Shown here piece by piece: positions 43,768-53,866 of a stretch of DNA of 64,000 nucleotides. The first letter of the stretch is position 1, and each line of letters opens with the position of its first letter. Made by a program: the position numbers and the translations under genes. A model generated the notes under the pieces. The model searched no databases. It was given only the letters and a program-made list of their open reading frames with translations, and was not told the DNA's origin. Location of the stretch: contig CBDDEL010000017.1 of NCBI GenBank assembly GCA_965226885.1, positions 736,001 to 800,000 of the forward strand, in the 5' to 3' direction. This stretch comes from Opitutales bacterium. GTDB lineage: Bacteria; Verrucomicrobiota; Verrucomicrobiia; Opitutales; UBA2987.

Positions 43768-44003
43768 CATTTTAAATACAATCTCCTTCCCTTTGATGCC
43801 AGTTTTATAAAAGTTCCATTAACTGGATCTGCTGCACCAAGATGATGACCTCTCTCATCATATACTTCTATTTCACCATGTAATCCGTCCCATGTATAGA
43901 ATCTCTTTCCATCATTACTTCTCCATACTTTTTTATTTTTCACTACCTTCACCGACACCAAGTTGTCCAAGTAACATGGCTTCGGTCGTGGTGTATATGT
44001 CAT
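43755..44003 (-). CDS. Stand-alone colicin E3-like (Cytotoxic domain) ribonuclease; native 78 aa, now extended by 4 aa into IS1
   Basis: KVWRSNDGKRFYTWDGLHGEIEVYDERGHHLGAADPVNG aligns with colicin E3 rRNase KRWTGDKGRKIYEWDSQHGELEGY..DGQHLGSFDPKTG; the catalytic D-x-x-H-x-x-x-E residues are conserved. Confidence 0.85.
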   Translation of the reverse strand: MTYTPRPKPCYLDNLVSVKVVKNKKVWRSNDGKRFYTWDGLHGEIEVYDERGHHLGAADPVNGTFIKLASKGRRLYLKWVVY

Positions 44004-44155
44004 ATATTAGCACTTTAAATATTCCCAAGATTCCAGTTTAGGTTTAGATAACCTTGCTTTATTTAATATTGGTTGTCAATAGATAAGAACTGATTTCAAA
44101 AAGGACATGTCGGTCTTTTTGATTTTTATCGTTATTTTTTTTAAACTTGTTATTT

Positions 44156-44268
44156 CCTGCGGTCTCTACCGCAGGGAGGTGACTGAAGGGAAAGTTTGAA
44201 AACCGTAGGTTTTCATGGGGCATGTGGCTTTTCTGACCTCACATACCCTGTGGTCTCTGCCACAGGGT
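44156..44268. repeat. Pair of related hairpins in direct orientation (IS200/IS605-end or REP-like)
   Basis: CCTGCGGT-CTCT-ACCGCAGG (44156-44175) and ACCCTGTGGT-CTCT-GCCACAGGGT (44245-44268). Confidence 0.65.
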
Positions 44269-44285
44269 TCTTGATTAAATTGGAT

Positions 44286-45473
44286 TTAATCGGGCAATAT
44301 TTTGAAGAAGGTTCTTTTGCCGGCTTGGAGGGTGGTTTTTTGGTTGGGTTGGGGGCGTGATAGGGTTTGTTGGGGGTCTTCGGTGCGTTGGGTGTCAACT
44401 TTTACGGCTCCTTGCTGGATGAGGCGGCGGGCTTCTTTTTTGCTGGGGAAGAGGTTGGTGGCGGCCATGAGGTTGAGGAGGGTGTCCTCTTCTTTATCGG
44501 TTAGGTCGCTCCATCGAAAGGCGGGCATGTCGTCGCGGGTTTGGCGGCGGGTGAAGACTTTTTCGAATTGCTCCCTTTCGTGGCGGCCGGTCGCTTCGTC
44601 GTAGAGTTTGGCCGTCATTTCCTGGGCGAGGTTTTTTTTGGCTACCATGGGGTGCCCGGTGGCGAGGCTTTTAAATTGTTCCTTGGAAGCGAGAAGGAGG
44701 AGGCGGTGGTATTCGCCCATGGCCTCGTCGCTGACGGACATGATTTTGCCGAAGATGTCTTTGGGGCTGTCGTTGAAGGCGATGTAGTTTTCCATGCTTT
44801 TGGACATTTTTTTGACTCCGTCGAGGCCGACGAGGAGGGGCATGGTGAGGACGATTTGCCCTGGTTTGCCTTCGGTTTTTTGCAGGTTGCGGCCCACCAG
44901 CATGTTGAAGAGCTGGTCCGTGCCGCCCAGTTCGATATCGGCCTCGATGGCGAGTGAGTCGTAGCCTTGCACCAGCGGGTAGAGAAATTCGATGATCGAG
45001 ATGGGGGTGTTGTCCTTGTAGCGTTTGGCGAAATCGTCCCGCTCGAGCATGCGCGCGACCGTCATCCTGCGGGAGAGGGCGAGGGCGTCCTGGAAGGTCA
45101 TTTTCGTGAACCACTCGCTGTTATGGCGAACGGTGGTTTTGTCTTTATCGAGAATTTTGAAAGCCTGATCGAGGTAGGTGCGGGAGTTTTCCGCGATTTC
45201 CTCCTTGGTCAGAACGGGGCGGATGGCGGAGCGCCCCGAGGGGTCGCCGATCCAGGTGGTGAAATCGCCGATGATGAGAATGGCCTCGTGCCCCAGGTCC
45301 TGGAATTGCCGCAGTTTGTTAAAAACCACCATGTGCCCGAGAGTGAGATCGGGCCGGGTGGGATCGATCCCCAGTTTGACCTTCAGCGGGCGATCCTGGC
45401 CGAGCCGCTCTTGCAGGTCTAGCAGGCTGATGATGTCCACGGTGTTGCTTTGGATGGTTTCGAGGGGCGTCAT
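44286..45473 (-). CDS. tyrS: Tyrosine--tRNA ligase
   Basis: KLGIDPT.PDLTLGH (HIGH-like), GDPSGRS, GGTDQLFN, KMSKS, C-terminal S4 domain. Confidence 0.95.
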   Translation of the reverse strand: MTPLETIQSNTVDIISLLDLQERLGQDRPLKVKLGIDPTRPDLTLGHMVVFNKLRQFQDLGHEAILIIGDFTTWIGDPSGRSAIRPVLTKEEIAENSRTYLDQAFKILDKDKTTVRHNSEWFTKMTFQDALALSRRMTVARMLERDDFAKRYKDNTPISIIEFLYPLVQGYDSLAIEADIELGGTDQLFNMLVGRNLQKTEGKPGQIVLTMPLLVGLDGVKKMSKSMENYIAFNDSPKDIFGKIMSVSDEAMGEYHRLLLLASKEQFKSLATGHPMVAKKNLAQEMTAKLYDEATGRHEREQFEKVFTRRQTRDDMPAFRWSDLTDKEEDTLLNLMAATNLFPSKKEARRLIQQGAVKVDTQRTEDPQQTLSRPQPNQKTTLQAGKRTFFKILPD

Positions 45474-45487
45474 GGGGAAGGAGGAGG

Positions 45488-45554
45488 TTTCAGGTGTCAG
45501 GTTTCAGGATGCTGGATGCTGGTTGCTGGATGCTGGTTGCTGGATGCTGGATGG
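45488..45554 (+). repeat. Heptamer tandem repeat (GATGCTG/GTTGCTG, about 6 units, preceded by GTTTCAG-type units)
   Basis: gtttcag gtgtcag gtttcag gatgctg gatgctg gttgctg gatgctg gttgctg gatgctg gatg. Confidence 0.85.
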
Positions 45555-45732
45555 CATTGAACTTTCATAGAGGCCATTGCGCTGTTTGAGTAAAGGATAA
45601 TCGATTGCGGCTCCAGATCAAAAAATTTCAATGCCGGAAAATTCGTTCTCTGGACGACCGATTTCGATTGCCGTGGAGGGCGATGGCGCTCATTTTATGG
45701 GGTTTACACTAATTCAATAACAAGGAACTACT

Positions 45733-46209
45733 ATGGCACTGGAAACTGGACAAAAAGCACCTGATTTCACTCTTAAAACGAAAACGGCCGATGGTTTGGA
45801 GGACGTCACCCTGAGCGCCAACTTTGGCTCGAAGCAGACCGTTCTGCTCTTCTTTCCCCTCGCATTCACCGAGGTTTGCACCGACGAGATGTGCAGCGTG
45901 AGCGGGGCCCTGGACGATTATGCGGCGCTCGAGGCGGCCGTTTACGGCATCAGCGTGGATAGCCCATTTGCGCAGGAGGGCTGGGCCCAGGCCAACAACA
46001 TATCGGTCACCCTGTTGAGCGATTTCAACAAAGAGGCGGCGACCGCCTACGATGTTCTTTACGAGGACCTGATCGGGCTCAAAGGCGTCGCCAAACGCTC
46101 GGCTTTCGTCATCAACAAGGAGGGCGGCATCGTTTATAGCTGGTCCTCCGATGACCCTCACAACCTGCCAACCTTTGACGAAATAAAAGCGGCCCTGGGC
46201 GGCTCCTGA
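45733..46209 (+). CDS. Peroxiredoxin (AhpE-like, 1-Cys)
   Basis: APDFTL, FFPLAFTEVCTDE (PxxxTxxC), ISVDSPF, LLSDFN, KRSAFVI. Confidence 0.9.
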   Translation: MALETGQKAPDFTLKTKTADGLEDVTLSANFGSKQTVLLFFPLAFTEVCTDEMCSVSGALDDYAALEAAVYGISVDSPFAQEGWAQANNISVTLLSDFNKEAATAYDVLYEDLIGLKGVAKRSAFVINKEGGIVYSWSSDDPHNLPTFDEIKAALGGS

Positions 46210-46308
46210 TCGGCTGGAGGCGCAATCGGTTTCAGGTTGCAATATTCATGCAATCAAATCTCTCCTATTATTAAATTAAACCAGGAGTTGAAAAACGAAT
46301 ATTAATTG

Positions 46309-49035
46309 ATGAGCGATCTCAATTTGAACAATCCCTTTAACAGCCTGCGGGAATTCAAGAACGGCTTCCTCTACTCTTTGCCCGCTTTGGAAGAAGCCGG
46401 TCTGGGGGCCATCTCGCGAATGCCCGTCAGTTTGCGTATTGTGCTGGAATCCGTTCTGCGTAATTGCGACGGGCGGACGATTCGGGAAGAGGACATCAAG
46501 ACGCTGGCCGGCTGGCGGGCGGTTGAACCCTCCCCGGCGGAAATACCCTTTGTCGTCTCCCGTATCGTCTTGCAGGATTTTACGGGGGTGCCCCTCCTCG
46601 TCGATCTGGCGGCCATGCGGGACGCGGTCCAGAAAATCGGCGGCGATCCTTTGTTGATCGAGCCCCTGGTGCCGGTCGATCTGGTGGTGGACCACTCGGT
46701 GCAGGTCGATCGCTCGGGGACGGCGGCCGCTTTTGAGCAAAACCTGGAAATCGAGTTCGAGCGCAACCGGGAGCGCTACCAATTCCTCAAATGGGGGCAG
46801 CAAGCCTTTAAAACGGTCAGCATAGTGCCTCCGGCCATCGGCATCGTGCACCAGATCAACCTCGAATACCTGGCCAAGGTGGTTTTTGAAAAAGCGGCTG
46901 GTTCGAGCAGCATTTTTTACCCGGACACCCTGGTGGGGACGGATTCGCACACCACCATGATCAACGGCCTGGGGGTGGTCGGCTGGGGCGTTGGCGGCAT
47001 CGAGGCGGAAGCCGGTATGCTAGGCCAACCCGTTTATTTCCTCACCCCTGAGGTGATCGGGGTGCACCTGACGGGAGAACTGCGCGAAGGAGTCACCGCC
47101 ACCGACCTGGCTTTGCGGGCCACCCAGATGCTGCGGGAAGAAAAAGTGGTCGGCAAATTCGTCGAGTTTTACGGGGAAGGAGCGGCCAACCTGACCCTGG
47201 CCGACCGGGCCACCATGGCCAATATGGCGCCTGAATACGGGGCCACCATGGGGTTTTTCCCGGTGGACGAGAAAACCCTCGATTATTTGCGCATGACCGG
47301 TCGTTCCGAGGAGCGGCTGGATTTGATCCGCGATTATTTTGAAGCCCAGAAAATGTTTGGCATTCCGCGTCAAGGGGAAGTGGATTACAGCAAGAGCCTG
47401 GAACTCGACCTGGCCTCCATCGTGCCCAGTGTGGCCGGTCCCCGCAGACCGCAGGACAGGATCGACATGCCGGAGCTTAAAAACACTTTTTTGAGCCAAT
47501 TGGGGAAAGAGGAAAGCGCCGGAGGTTTCGGGCTGGCGGCGGACCAGTTGAGCCGGAAAATCAACCTCGGCGACAACGGCAATGGCGGAAATGGCCACAA
47601 CCCCGCCATCGGGCACGGCTCCGTGCTCATCGCGGCCATTACCAGCTGCACCAACACGAGCAATCCCAGTGTCATGATGGCCGCCGGGCTGCTGGCCAAA
47701 AAAGCGGTCGAGCGGGGCCTGCGGGTCAACCCATCGGTCAAAACCAGCCTGGCCCCCGGTTCGCGGGTGGTCACCGATTACCTGGCCAAAACGGGCCTGC
47801 AACCCTATCTGGACCAACTGGGGTTCAACCTCGTCGGCTATGGGTGCACTACTTGTATCGGCAACAGCGGCCCCCTCGACGAAGAGATCGAAAGGGCCTT
47901 GAAAACCGGCAACCTGGTGGCGGCCAGCGTGCTCTCCGGCAATCGCAATTTTGAGGCCCGTGTGCACTCCTCGATACGGGCTAATTACCTCATGTCTCCC
48001 CCTCTGGTGGTAGCTTTCGCCCTGGCGGGGAGGGTGGACATCAATCTTGAGAACGAACCTCTAGGCGAGGACGAAGTGGGAAATCCGGTTTATTTGAGAG
48101 ACTTATGGCCCTCGCAGGCCGAAGTGCAGGAAAAGATAGCCTCCGGCCTCACGCCGGAGATGTATGTTCGCCAGTATGCCGACATTCTGGAGGCCAATCC
48201 GAGTTGGGCTGCCATCGAGTCATCCACGGGGGCGCTCTACTCCTGGGACGAAAAGAGCACCTACATTCAAATTCCACCTTTTTTCGATGAATTTTCCATG
48301 CAGCCCGGCGCCATTGGGAAAATGGAAGGGATGAGGGCTCTGGCCCTGGTGGGCGATTCCGTCACTACCGACCATATTTCGCCGGCGGGGGCCATTCCGG
48401 CCGACGGGCCGGCCGGGAAATACCTGGTGGCGGCCGGTATCGAGCGGAAAAATTTTAATTCCTTCGGTTCCCGGCGGGGCAATGACCGGGTTATGACCCG
48501 GGGCACTTTCGCCAATGTGCGGTTCAAGAACCTTATGGCCGACGGACGGGTGGGCGGTTGGACCAAGCTGATGCCGGAGGGATATTTGGTTCATATTTAC
48601 GACGCCTGCCAGATATATGCGCAGAGGAAGGTGCCCTTGATCGTGTTTACGGGCCATGATTACGGGATGGGCAGCTCCCGCGATTGGGCGGCCAAAGGGT
48701 CGGCCTTGCTGGGAGTTCGCGCCGTGGCGGCCAGTTCCTTCGAGCGCATCCACCGCAGCAACCTGATCGGGATGGGCGTTCTCCCCTTGCAGTTTGAGGA
48801 AGGGCAGACCCATCAAAGCCTGGGCCTCGACGGGTCGGAAACTTTCTCCCTGCGAGGGCTGGGGGCGGACCCGCGGCCACGGCAGGAGGTTGTCCTGGAA
48901 ATCACTCGCGGGACGGGGGAAACCGAGTCCGTTTTCATGACCGCCTGTCTGGATACTCCGATTGAGATCGAATATTATCGACATGGAGGCATTCTTCCCT
49001 ATGTTTTAAGGAGTATCTTAGGTTCTGTAGGTTAA
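46309..49035 (+). CDS. acnA: Aconitate hydratase A
   Basis: [62 protein letters not shown]. Confidence 0.96.
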   Translation: MSDLNLNNPFNSLREFKNGFLYSLPALEEAGLGAISRMPVSLRIVLESVLRNCDGRTIREEDIKTLAGWRAVEPSPAEIPFVVSRIVLQDFTGVPLLVDLAAMRDAVQKIGGDPLLIEPLVPVDLVVDHSVQVDRSGTAAAFEQNLEIEFERNRERYQFLKWGQQAFKTVSIVPPAIGIVHQINLEYLAKVVFEKAAGSSSIFYPDTLVGTDSHTTMINGLGVVGWGVGGIEAEAGMLGQPVYFLTPEVIGVHLTGELREGVTATDLALRATQMLREEKVVGKFVEFYGEGAANLTLADRATMANMAPEYGATMGFFPVDEKTLDYLRMTGRSEERLDLIRDYFEAQKMFGIPRQGEVDYSKSLELDLASIVPSVAGPRRPQDRIDMPELKNTFLSQLGKEESAGGFGLAADQLSRKINLGDNGNGGNGHNPAIGHGSVLIAAITSCTNTSNPSVMMAAGLLAKKAVERGLRVNPSVKTSLAPGSRVVTDYLAKTGLQPYLDQLGFNLVGYGCTTCIGNSGPLDEEIERALKTGNLVAASVLSGNRNFEARVHSSIRANYLMSPPLVVAFALAGRVDINLENEPLGEDEVGNPVYLRDLWPSQAEVQEKIASGLTPEMYVRQYADILEANPSWAAIESSTGALYSWDEKSTYIQIPPFFDEFSMQPGAIGKMEGMRALALVGDSVTTDHISPAGAIPADGPAGKYLVAAGIERKNFNSFGSRRGNDRVMTRGTFANVRFKNLMADGRVGGWTKLMPEGYLVHIYDACQIYAQRKVPLIVFTGHDYGMGSSRDWAAKGSALLGVRAVAASSFERIHRSNLIGMGVLPLQFEEGQTHQSLGLDGSETFSLRGLGADPRPRQEVVLEITRGTGETESVFMTACLDTPIEIEYYRHGGILPYVLRSILGSVG

Positions 49036-49045
49036 TGCTCTGCTC

Positions 49046-49555
49046 ATGCCCCTGAACAAGGAATCGGTCTTTCTCGTAAAGACCTATGTCGAGCCCATTG
49101 TGGTAAAAATCAATGGACGGGCCAGCTACCTCAATTCCGCTCCGGTGAGCGATTTTTTTGCTCGCATGATCAAGGGCGGGAAGAAAAGCTTTGTCGTCGA
49201 TTTTAAAGATTGCCAAACCATGGACAGCACATTTATGGGCATTATCGCGGGAGTGGCGCTCGATGTTGGCAAAATGCGGCCGGCCGGCAGCGTCTCTCTA
49301 TGCCGATTGTCGAGGCGAAACCTCGAACTGGTGCGCAATCTCGGTTTGCACCGGATCGTCAATGTCGATTCGGGGGAATTCCCGATGGATTTCGGGAGTC
49401 CGGAGGAAAAGCTCAATCCGGTGAACCACAAAGAGATCGAAAATGCCAAACTCATCCTCCAGGCCCATGAAAACCTGATCGATATTGAGGAGAGCAACAA
49501 ATCCAAATTTCAGGACGTGGTTGATTTCTTAAAAAATCAGATCGATTCGGGATAA
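49046..49555 (+). CDS. STAS-domain anti-sigma-factor antagonist
   Basis: VVDFKDCQTMDSTFMG (phosphorylatable Ser); located upstream of a PP2C phosphatase. Confidence 0.85.
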   Translation: MPLNKESVFLVKTYVEPIVVKINGRASYLNSAPVSDFFARMIKGGKKSFVVDFKDCQTMDSTFMGIIAGVALDVGKMRPAGSVSLCRLSRRNLELVRNLGLHRIVNVDSGEFPMDFGSPEEKLNPVNHKEIENAKLILQAHENLIDIEESNKSKFQDVVDFLKNQIDSG

Positions 49556-49577
49556 TCCAAGTGTGCTGTAACCTAAA

Positions 49578-49767
49578 CCCCATTGTTTCATAAATTCAAT
49601 CAGATTCAAGACTGTGATCCGCATAAACAAAGGGACTAACGTGCAAAAAAGGTATATTGCTGAACTTCACAAAAAGTGAAGATACAAAAATGGATTGATA
49701 GAGCGTTATTATGGTTGTTTATGCCGCATTCAGAAGGTTTTTACTCAATATTTATGAAACAATGGGG
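49578..49767. mobile_element. MITE-B copy 2 (190 bp)
   Basis: Same TIRs as 34486..34675; TSD TAAA. Confidence 0.92.
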
Positions 49768-49773
49768 TAAATA

Positions 49774-50071
49774 GAGGCTGTCCCAAAAACCCGAATTTTG
49801 CAAATTGAGATATTCGACTCCGAACTGTAAGGGAACGTAAGTCATTCAATTCCGGCAAAAACGCTGTATAAGGCCTCTATTCGTTATAAATATAATCGCG
49901 TCAGACAGAGGTCTATGGTAGAATTGTATTTGAATATGCAAAACAAGAGAAAGGCTGACGGTGTTATAGACATCGAAATTGCACAAAATCCCCTAAAAAC
50001 GGTCTTTATGACAGCTTTATAAACAAGTTAACTTACTGTAAAACAAATGGTTATAACTTTGGGACAGCCTC
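49774..50071 (+). mobile_element. MITE-A copy 7
   Basis: TIRs; TSD TAAATA, which overlaps the MITE-B TSD. Confidence 0.95.
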
Positions 50072-50105
50072 TAAATAGCATCACACTAGAATAAAGGATC
50101 AAATC

Positions 50106-51545
50106 ATGTGGTTGTTTTTACTGGGCCTGGCTCTGGGAGCGTTCGTGGGAGGGATATTCTACCTTTCCACCCGCCGTGAGATAAGCCGCCTGGATGAGCA
50201 ACGGCAGCTATTGCACCAGGAGCAACAGATCGTCCTCGAATTCATGCACAACATGGTGGAAGCCATTGGCGAGGGGGTGGATCGGACAGAACTTTTTAAA
50301 CGGGTGGTGCATACCGCAATACTCAGCACGGGGGCCTTGAGCGCCTGCGTCTTCGAGAAAAATGTCGATGGGCGCCTGCGTGGAGTCGTTGTCGAGGGGC
50401 TTTTCCCGCCCCAAAAACCACTACCCATGAGCACGGCCATGAAAATTACCACGCGCACCAAATTTATCGAACAAGTGCTGCGCTCCGAAGTGCTTGAGAT
50501 GGGTGAAGGGCTGGTCGGTGAAGTGGCCAAAACGGGGCAAGGCATGCTCATCGCGGACGCTGGTAAAGACCCGCGCATCATCCGTCACGACGACCCCTCG
50601 CTCACCGTTTGGTCCATTGTGCTGGTGCCGATCCGCTTCAAAGAGAAAAATCTTGGAGTTTTGGCGGTGGCCAATCCCGCTGATGGGCTGTCCTTCAACG
50701 AAACCGATTTTTCTCTCGTCGACTCGCTGGCGGAGCAGGCCGGACTGGCCATCCACAACGCGGACATCATGAATCTGCAGATCGAGAAAAACAAACTCGA
50801 CCTCGATCTGGCGTTGGCGAGCAACATTCAGAGGATGCTGCTGCCGAAAAATTTTCCCCAAAAGCCGGGTCTCGAAGTCGATGCCCGCTACCTGCCGGCC
50901 CAAAAGGTGGGGGGCGATCTGTATGATGTTTTTAGCGTTGGGCGCGATAAAATAGGCGTCGCCATCGCGGATGTATCCGGCAAGGGCATCCCCGCCTCCC
51001 TGCTCATGGCCATCTGCCAGAGTAATCTGCGCCATTTCGCTAAAAATTGTTCTTCACCCGCCCTGGTCCTTTCGCGGCTCAACGCCGTGCTCAACGAAGA
51101 AATGAGCAAGGATATGTTCGTCACCCTGGTATATGCCATCGTCGATCCCAAAAAGGATGAAATAATCATCGCCCGCGGCGGTCATGAATTGCCTCTATTG
51201 GGGCATAAAGACGAGAAAACGAATCTATTTCGCACCCACACCGTCGGTTCCGAGGGCATGGCCCTGGGCATGGTTCCGGCGAAGCTCTTCGAAGAAGTCA
51301 TCGAGGACAAAATAATAACGTTTCAAAAAGGCGATATATTTGTTTTATATACCGATGGAGTGACCGAGGCATCTAATTTTGACGGGACCGAATTCAGCGC
51401 CGAAAGACTGGCCGACCGCATTAAAGAGTTGCGCGCCCTAACTGCTTCGGATTTGAATCAAGGCATATTGGACAGCGTGGCCCGGTTTTCCGGTTCCAAT
51501 GGGCAAACCGACGATATCACACTAGTTACCGTGAAACATAGTTGA
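50106..51545 (+). CDS. GAF + SpoIIE/PP2C serine phosphatase (RsbU-like)
   Basis: N-terminal TM and GAF domain; IQRMLLP, VGGDLYD, IADVSGKG, YTDGVTE, DDITLV. Confidence 0.9.
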   Translation: MWLFLLGLALGAFVGGIFYLSTRREISRLDEQRQLLHQEQQIVLEFMHNMVEAIGEGVDRTELFKRVVHTAILSTGALSACVFEKNVDGRLRGVVVEGLFPPQKPLPMSTAMKITTRTKFIEQVLRSEVLEMGEGLVGEVAKTGQGMLIADAGKDPRIIRHDDPSLTVWSIVLVPIRFKEKNLGVLAVANPADGLSFNETDFSLVDSLAEQAGLAIHNADIMNLQIEKNKLDLDLALASNIQRMLLPKNFPQKPGLEVDARYLPAQKVGGDLYDVFSVGRDKIGVAIADVSGKGIPASLLMAICQSNLRHFAKNCSSPALVLSRLNAVLNEEMSKDMFVTLVYAIVDPKKDEIIIARGGHELPLLGHKDEKTNLFRTHTVGSEGMALGMVPAKLFEEVIEDKIITFQKGDIFVLYTDGVTEASNFDGTEFSAERLADRIKELRALTASDLNQGILDSVARFSGSNGQTDDITLVTVKHS

Positions 51546-51758
51546 AGATGGCTCCCGGCGCCTTAAAAATGGAGCCCTTCCGGCAATTCTTGCGGCCGGA
51601 TGCGAAATACATGATACATGATACTGGATGCAGGATTCTGTCTCCTATCCTTTGTCACCAGTTGTTAGGTCTCGACAAATCCATCGTGCATCACGTATCC
51701 TGCATCATTTAATTCATCGTTCCCCATAAAAACTGCTGAGGGGCCAAAAATAAAAAAA

Positions 51759-52991
51759 ATGCCCATAATTTCGGAAAAATCCACCATCGACCGGTTCTCA
51801 CTGCCCGACGATCGAGGTCATTTCGGCCCTTACGGCGGCATGTACGTGCCGGAAACCTTGATGACGGCGTTGTATGAATTGCAGGAAGCCTATGAGGAAG
51901 CCCGCTCGGATCCCGCCTTCGCCCAGGAATTGCAAAAACATTTAAAGGAATACGCCGGACGGCCCACCGAACTTTTCCATGCCCGCCATCTCAGCGAGCG
52001 CTTGGGTGGGGCCAAAATTTACCTCAAACGCGAAGACCTGCTTCATACCGGGGCGCACAAGATAAACAATTGCCTGGGCCAGGCGCTGCTCGCCCGGAGG
52101 ATGGGTAAAACACGCATCATCGCGGAAACGGGGGCTGGCCAGCATGGAGTGGCAACGGCGGCGGTCTGCGCCAAATTCGGCCTCCAATGCGTCATCTATA
52201 TGGGCTCCGTGGATATGGAGCGGCAGTCCCTCAATGTATTCCGTATGCGTCTTTGCGGGGCCGAAGTGCGGGCCGTCGATGCGGGGCAAAAAACTCTCAA
52301 AGAGGCCATCAACGAAGCCATGCGGGACTGGGTCACAAATATCCGCCACACCCATTACATCCTCGGCTCCGCGCTTGGCTGTCACCCGTATCCCATGATG
52401 GTGCGCAATTTTCACCGCGTTATCGGGCAGGAAACGCGCCGTCAGATACTCGAATACGAGGATTCACTGCCCCATGAAATGGTCGCCTGCGTGGGCGGTG
52501 GCAGCAACGCCATCGGTTTTTTCTGGGATTTTCTGGAAGACGAAACCGTTCAACTGGTGGGGGTTGAAGCCGGTGGGCGCGGCACCGGCACCGGCCGCCA
52601 TGCGGCCCGGTTTGCGGGGGGGCGAATCGGCATTTTGCACGGTTGCAAAACCTGGATATTGCAGAATCCCGACGGCCAGATAGAACCCACTCATTCCGTT
52701 TCGGCGGGGCTGGATTATGCCGCAGTCGGCCCCGAACATGCTTTTTATTACGATCGGGGCCGCATCAAATTCTGCAGCGCCACCGATGAAGAAGCCCTCG
52801 AAGCTTTTCAGATGCTCTCCTCCACGGAGGGGATTATTCCGGCGCTGGAATCCTCCCACGCGTTGGCCTACGCCATGAAACGCGCTCCGCAAATGTCTTC
52901 CGATCATATCATGTGCCTTAATTTAAGCGGACGGGGTGACAAGGATGTCGAGCAGGCGGAAAAAATTTTAACTTCCAGGATCAAGAAATGA
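51759..52991 (+). CDS. trpB: Tryptophan synthase beta chain
   Basis: [64 protein letters not shown]. Confidence 0.96.
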   Translation: MPIISEKSTIDRFSLPDDRGHFGPYGGMYVPETLMTALYELQEAYEEARSDPAFAQELQKHLKEYAGRPTELFHARHLSERLGGAKIYLKREDLLHTGAHKINNCLGQALLARRMGKTRIIAETGAGQHGVATAAVCAKFGLQCVIYMGSVDMERQSLNVFRMRLCGAEVRAVDAGQKTLKEAINEAMRDWVTNIRHTHYILGSALGCHPYPMMVRNFHRVIGQETRRQILEYEDSLPHEMVACVGGGSNAIGFFWDFLEDETVQLVGVEAGGRGTGTGRHAARFAGGRIGILHGCKTWILQNPDGQIEPTHSVSAGLDYAAVGPEHAFYYDRGRIKFCSATDEEALEAFQMLSSTEGIIPALESSHALAYAMKRAPQMSSDHIMCLNLSGRGDKDVEQAEKILTSRIKK

Positions 52992-53860
52992 ATAGCATGA
53001 CGGGATATGGGCGGGGCAGCGTCTCCAGCGACGGCATGGATATGGTCGTGGAAATCACCTCCGTCAATCGCCGGAATCTGGAAACGCATGTCTCCATGCC
53101 CAAAGAATGGCAGTCCCTCGAACGGATGATTAGCGGGGAGATCGGGGCCGTCGTCAAACGCGGTCGAGTTCAAGTAAGCGTGCAATCCCGTGAATCGGGT
53201 TCCGATAGCGGCTTTGCCTGGGATCGGGAGGGGGCGGCATCGCTCTTGAAGAGCCTAACCGAATTTGCCCGGGACGAGGAAATCGCTTTTGAACCCGATG
53301 CGGCGCTGCTCTCTAATCTGGCTTTGCTCAGTCGCAAAAATTCCAATCTGTGGGAAGCTGAGGCAGCCATGCCCCTGGTCCAAACGGCTCTGGGTGAAGC
53401 CCTGCAAGAGCTACTTTCCATGCGCCTGCGGGAGGGCGCTTCCCTGCTGGCCGACCTAGCCGAACGCCACAAGGAACTGCAAAAAATTTTGGACGACATT
53501 CAGGAAAAATCCGGGGGCGAAGTTTCCCGTTACCGGGAAAACCTCTTTAAAAGGCTGCGCCAGGCGGGGCTCGAACTCGATCTTGATGATGAAAGGGTCC
53601 TCAAGGAAATAGCCCTGTTTGCGGACCGTTGCGATATCTCCGAAGAGCTCGTTCGTTTGGGCAGCCATTTGCAACAGTTTGGCGAAACCCTGCCGCAAGA
53701 AGGTTCCGTCGGGCGCAAACTGGAGTTTCTGCTACAGGAAATCCTTCGCGAATGCAATACCATCGGATCGAAATCAATCGCTGTCGAAATAAGCAAAAAC
53801 GTCCTCGATGCAAAAAATGAAATCGAGCGCATCCGCGAGCAATTGCAAAACGTCCAGTAA
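52988..53860 (+). CDS. yicC: YicC/YloC family endoribonuclease
   Basis: [55 protein letters not shown]-coupled to trpB. Confidence 0.92.
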   Translation: MNSMTGYGRGSVSSDGMDMVVEITSVNRRNLETHVSMPKEWQSLERMISGEIGAVVKRGRVQVSVQSRESGSDSGFAWDREGAASLLKSLTEFARDEEIAFEPDAALLSNLALLSRKNSNLWEAEAAMPLVQTALGEALQELLSMRLREGASLLADLAERHKELQKILDDIQEKSGGEVSRYRENLFKRLRQAGLELDLDDERVLKEIALFADRCDISEELVRLGSHLQQFGETLPQEGSVGRKLEFLLQEILRECNTIGSKSIAVEISKNVLDAKNEIERIREQLQNVQ

Positions 53861-53866
53861 ATATTG

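Noticed and set aside
46276..48984. Long antisense ORFs opposite acnA (224, 315 and 254 aa)
   Set aside because: These are typical shadows of a GC-rich coding strand, with no motifs.
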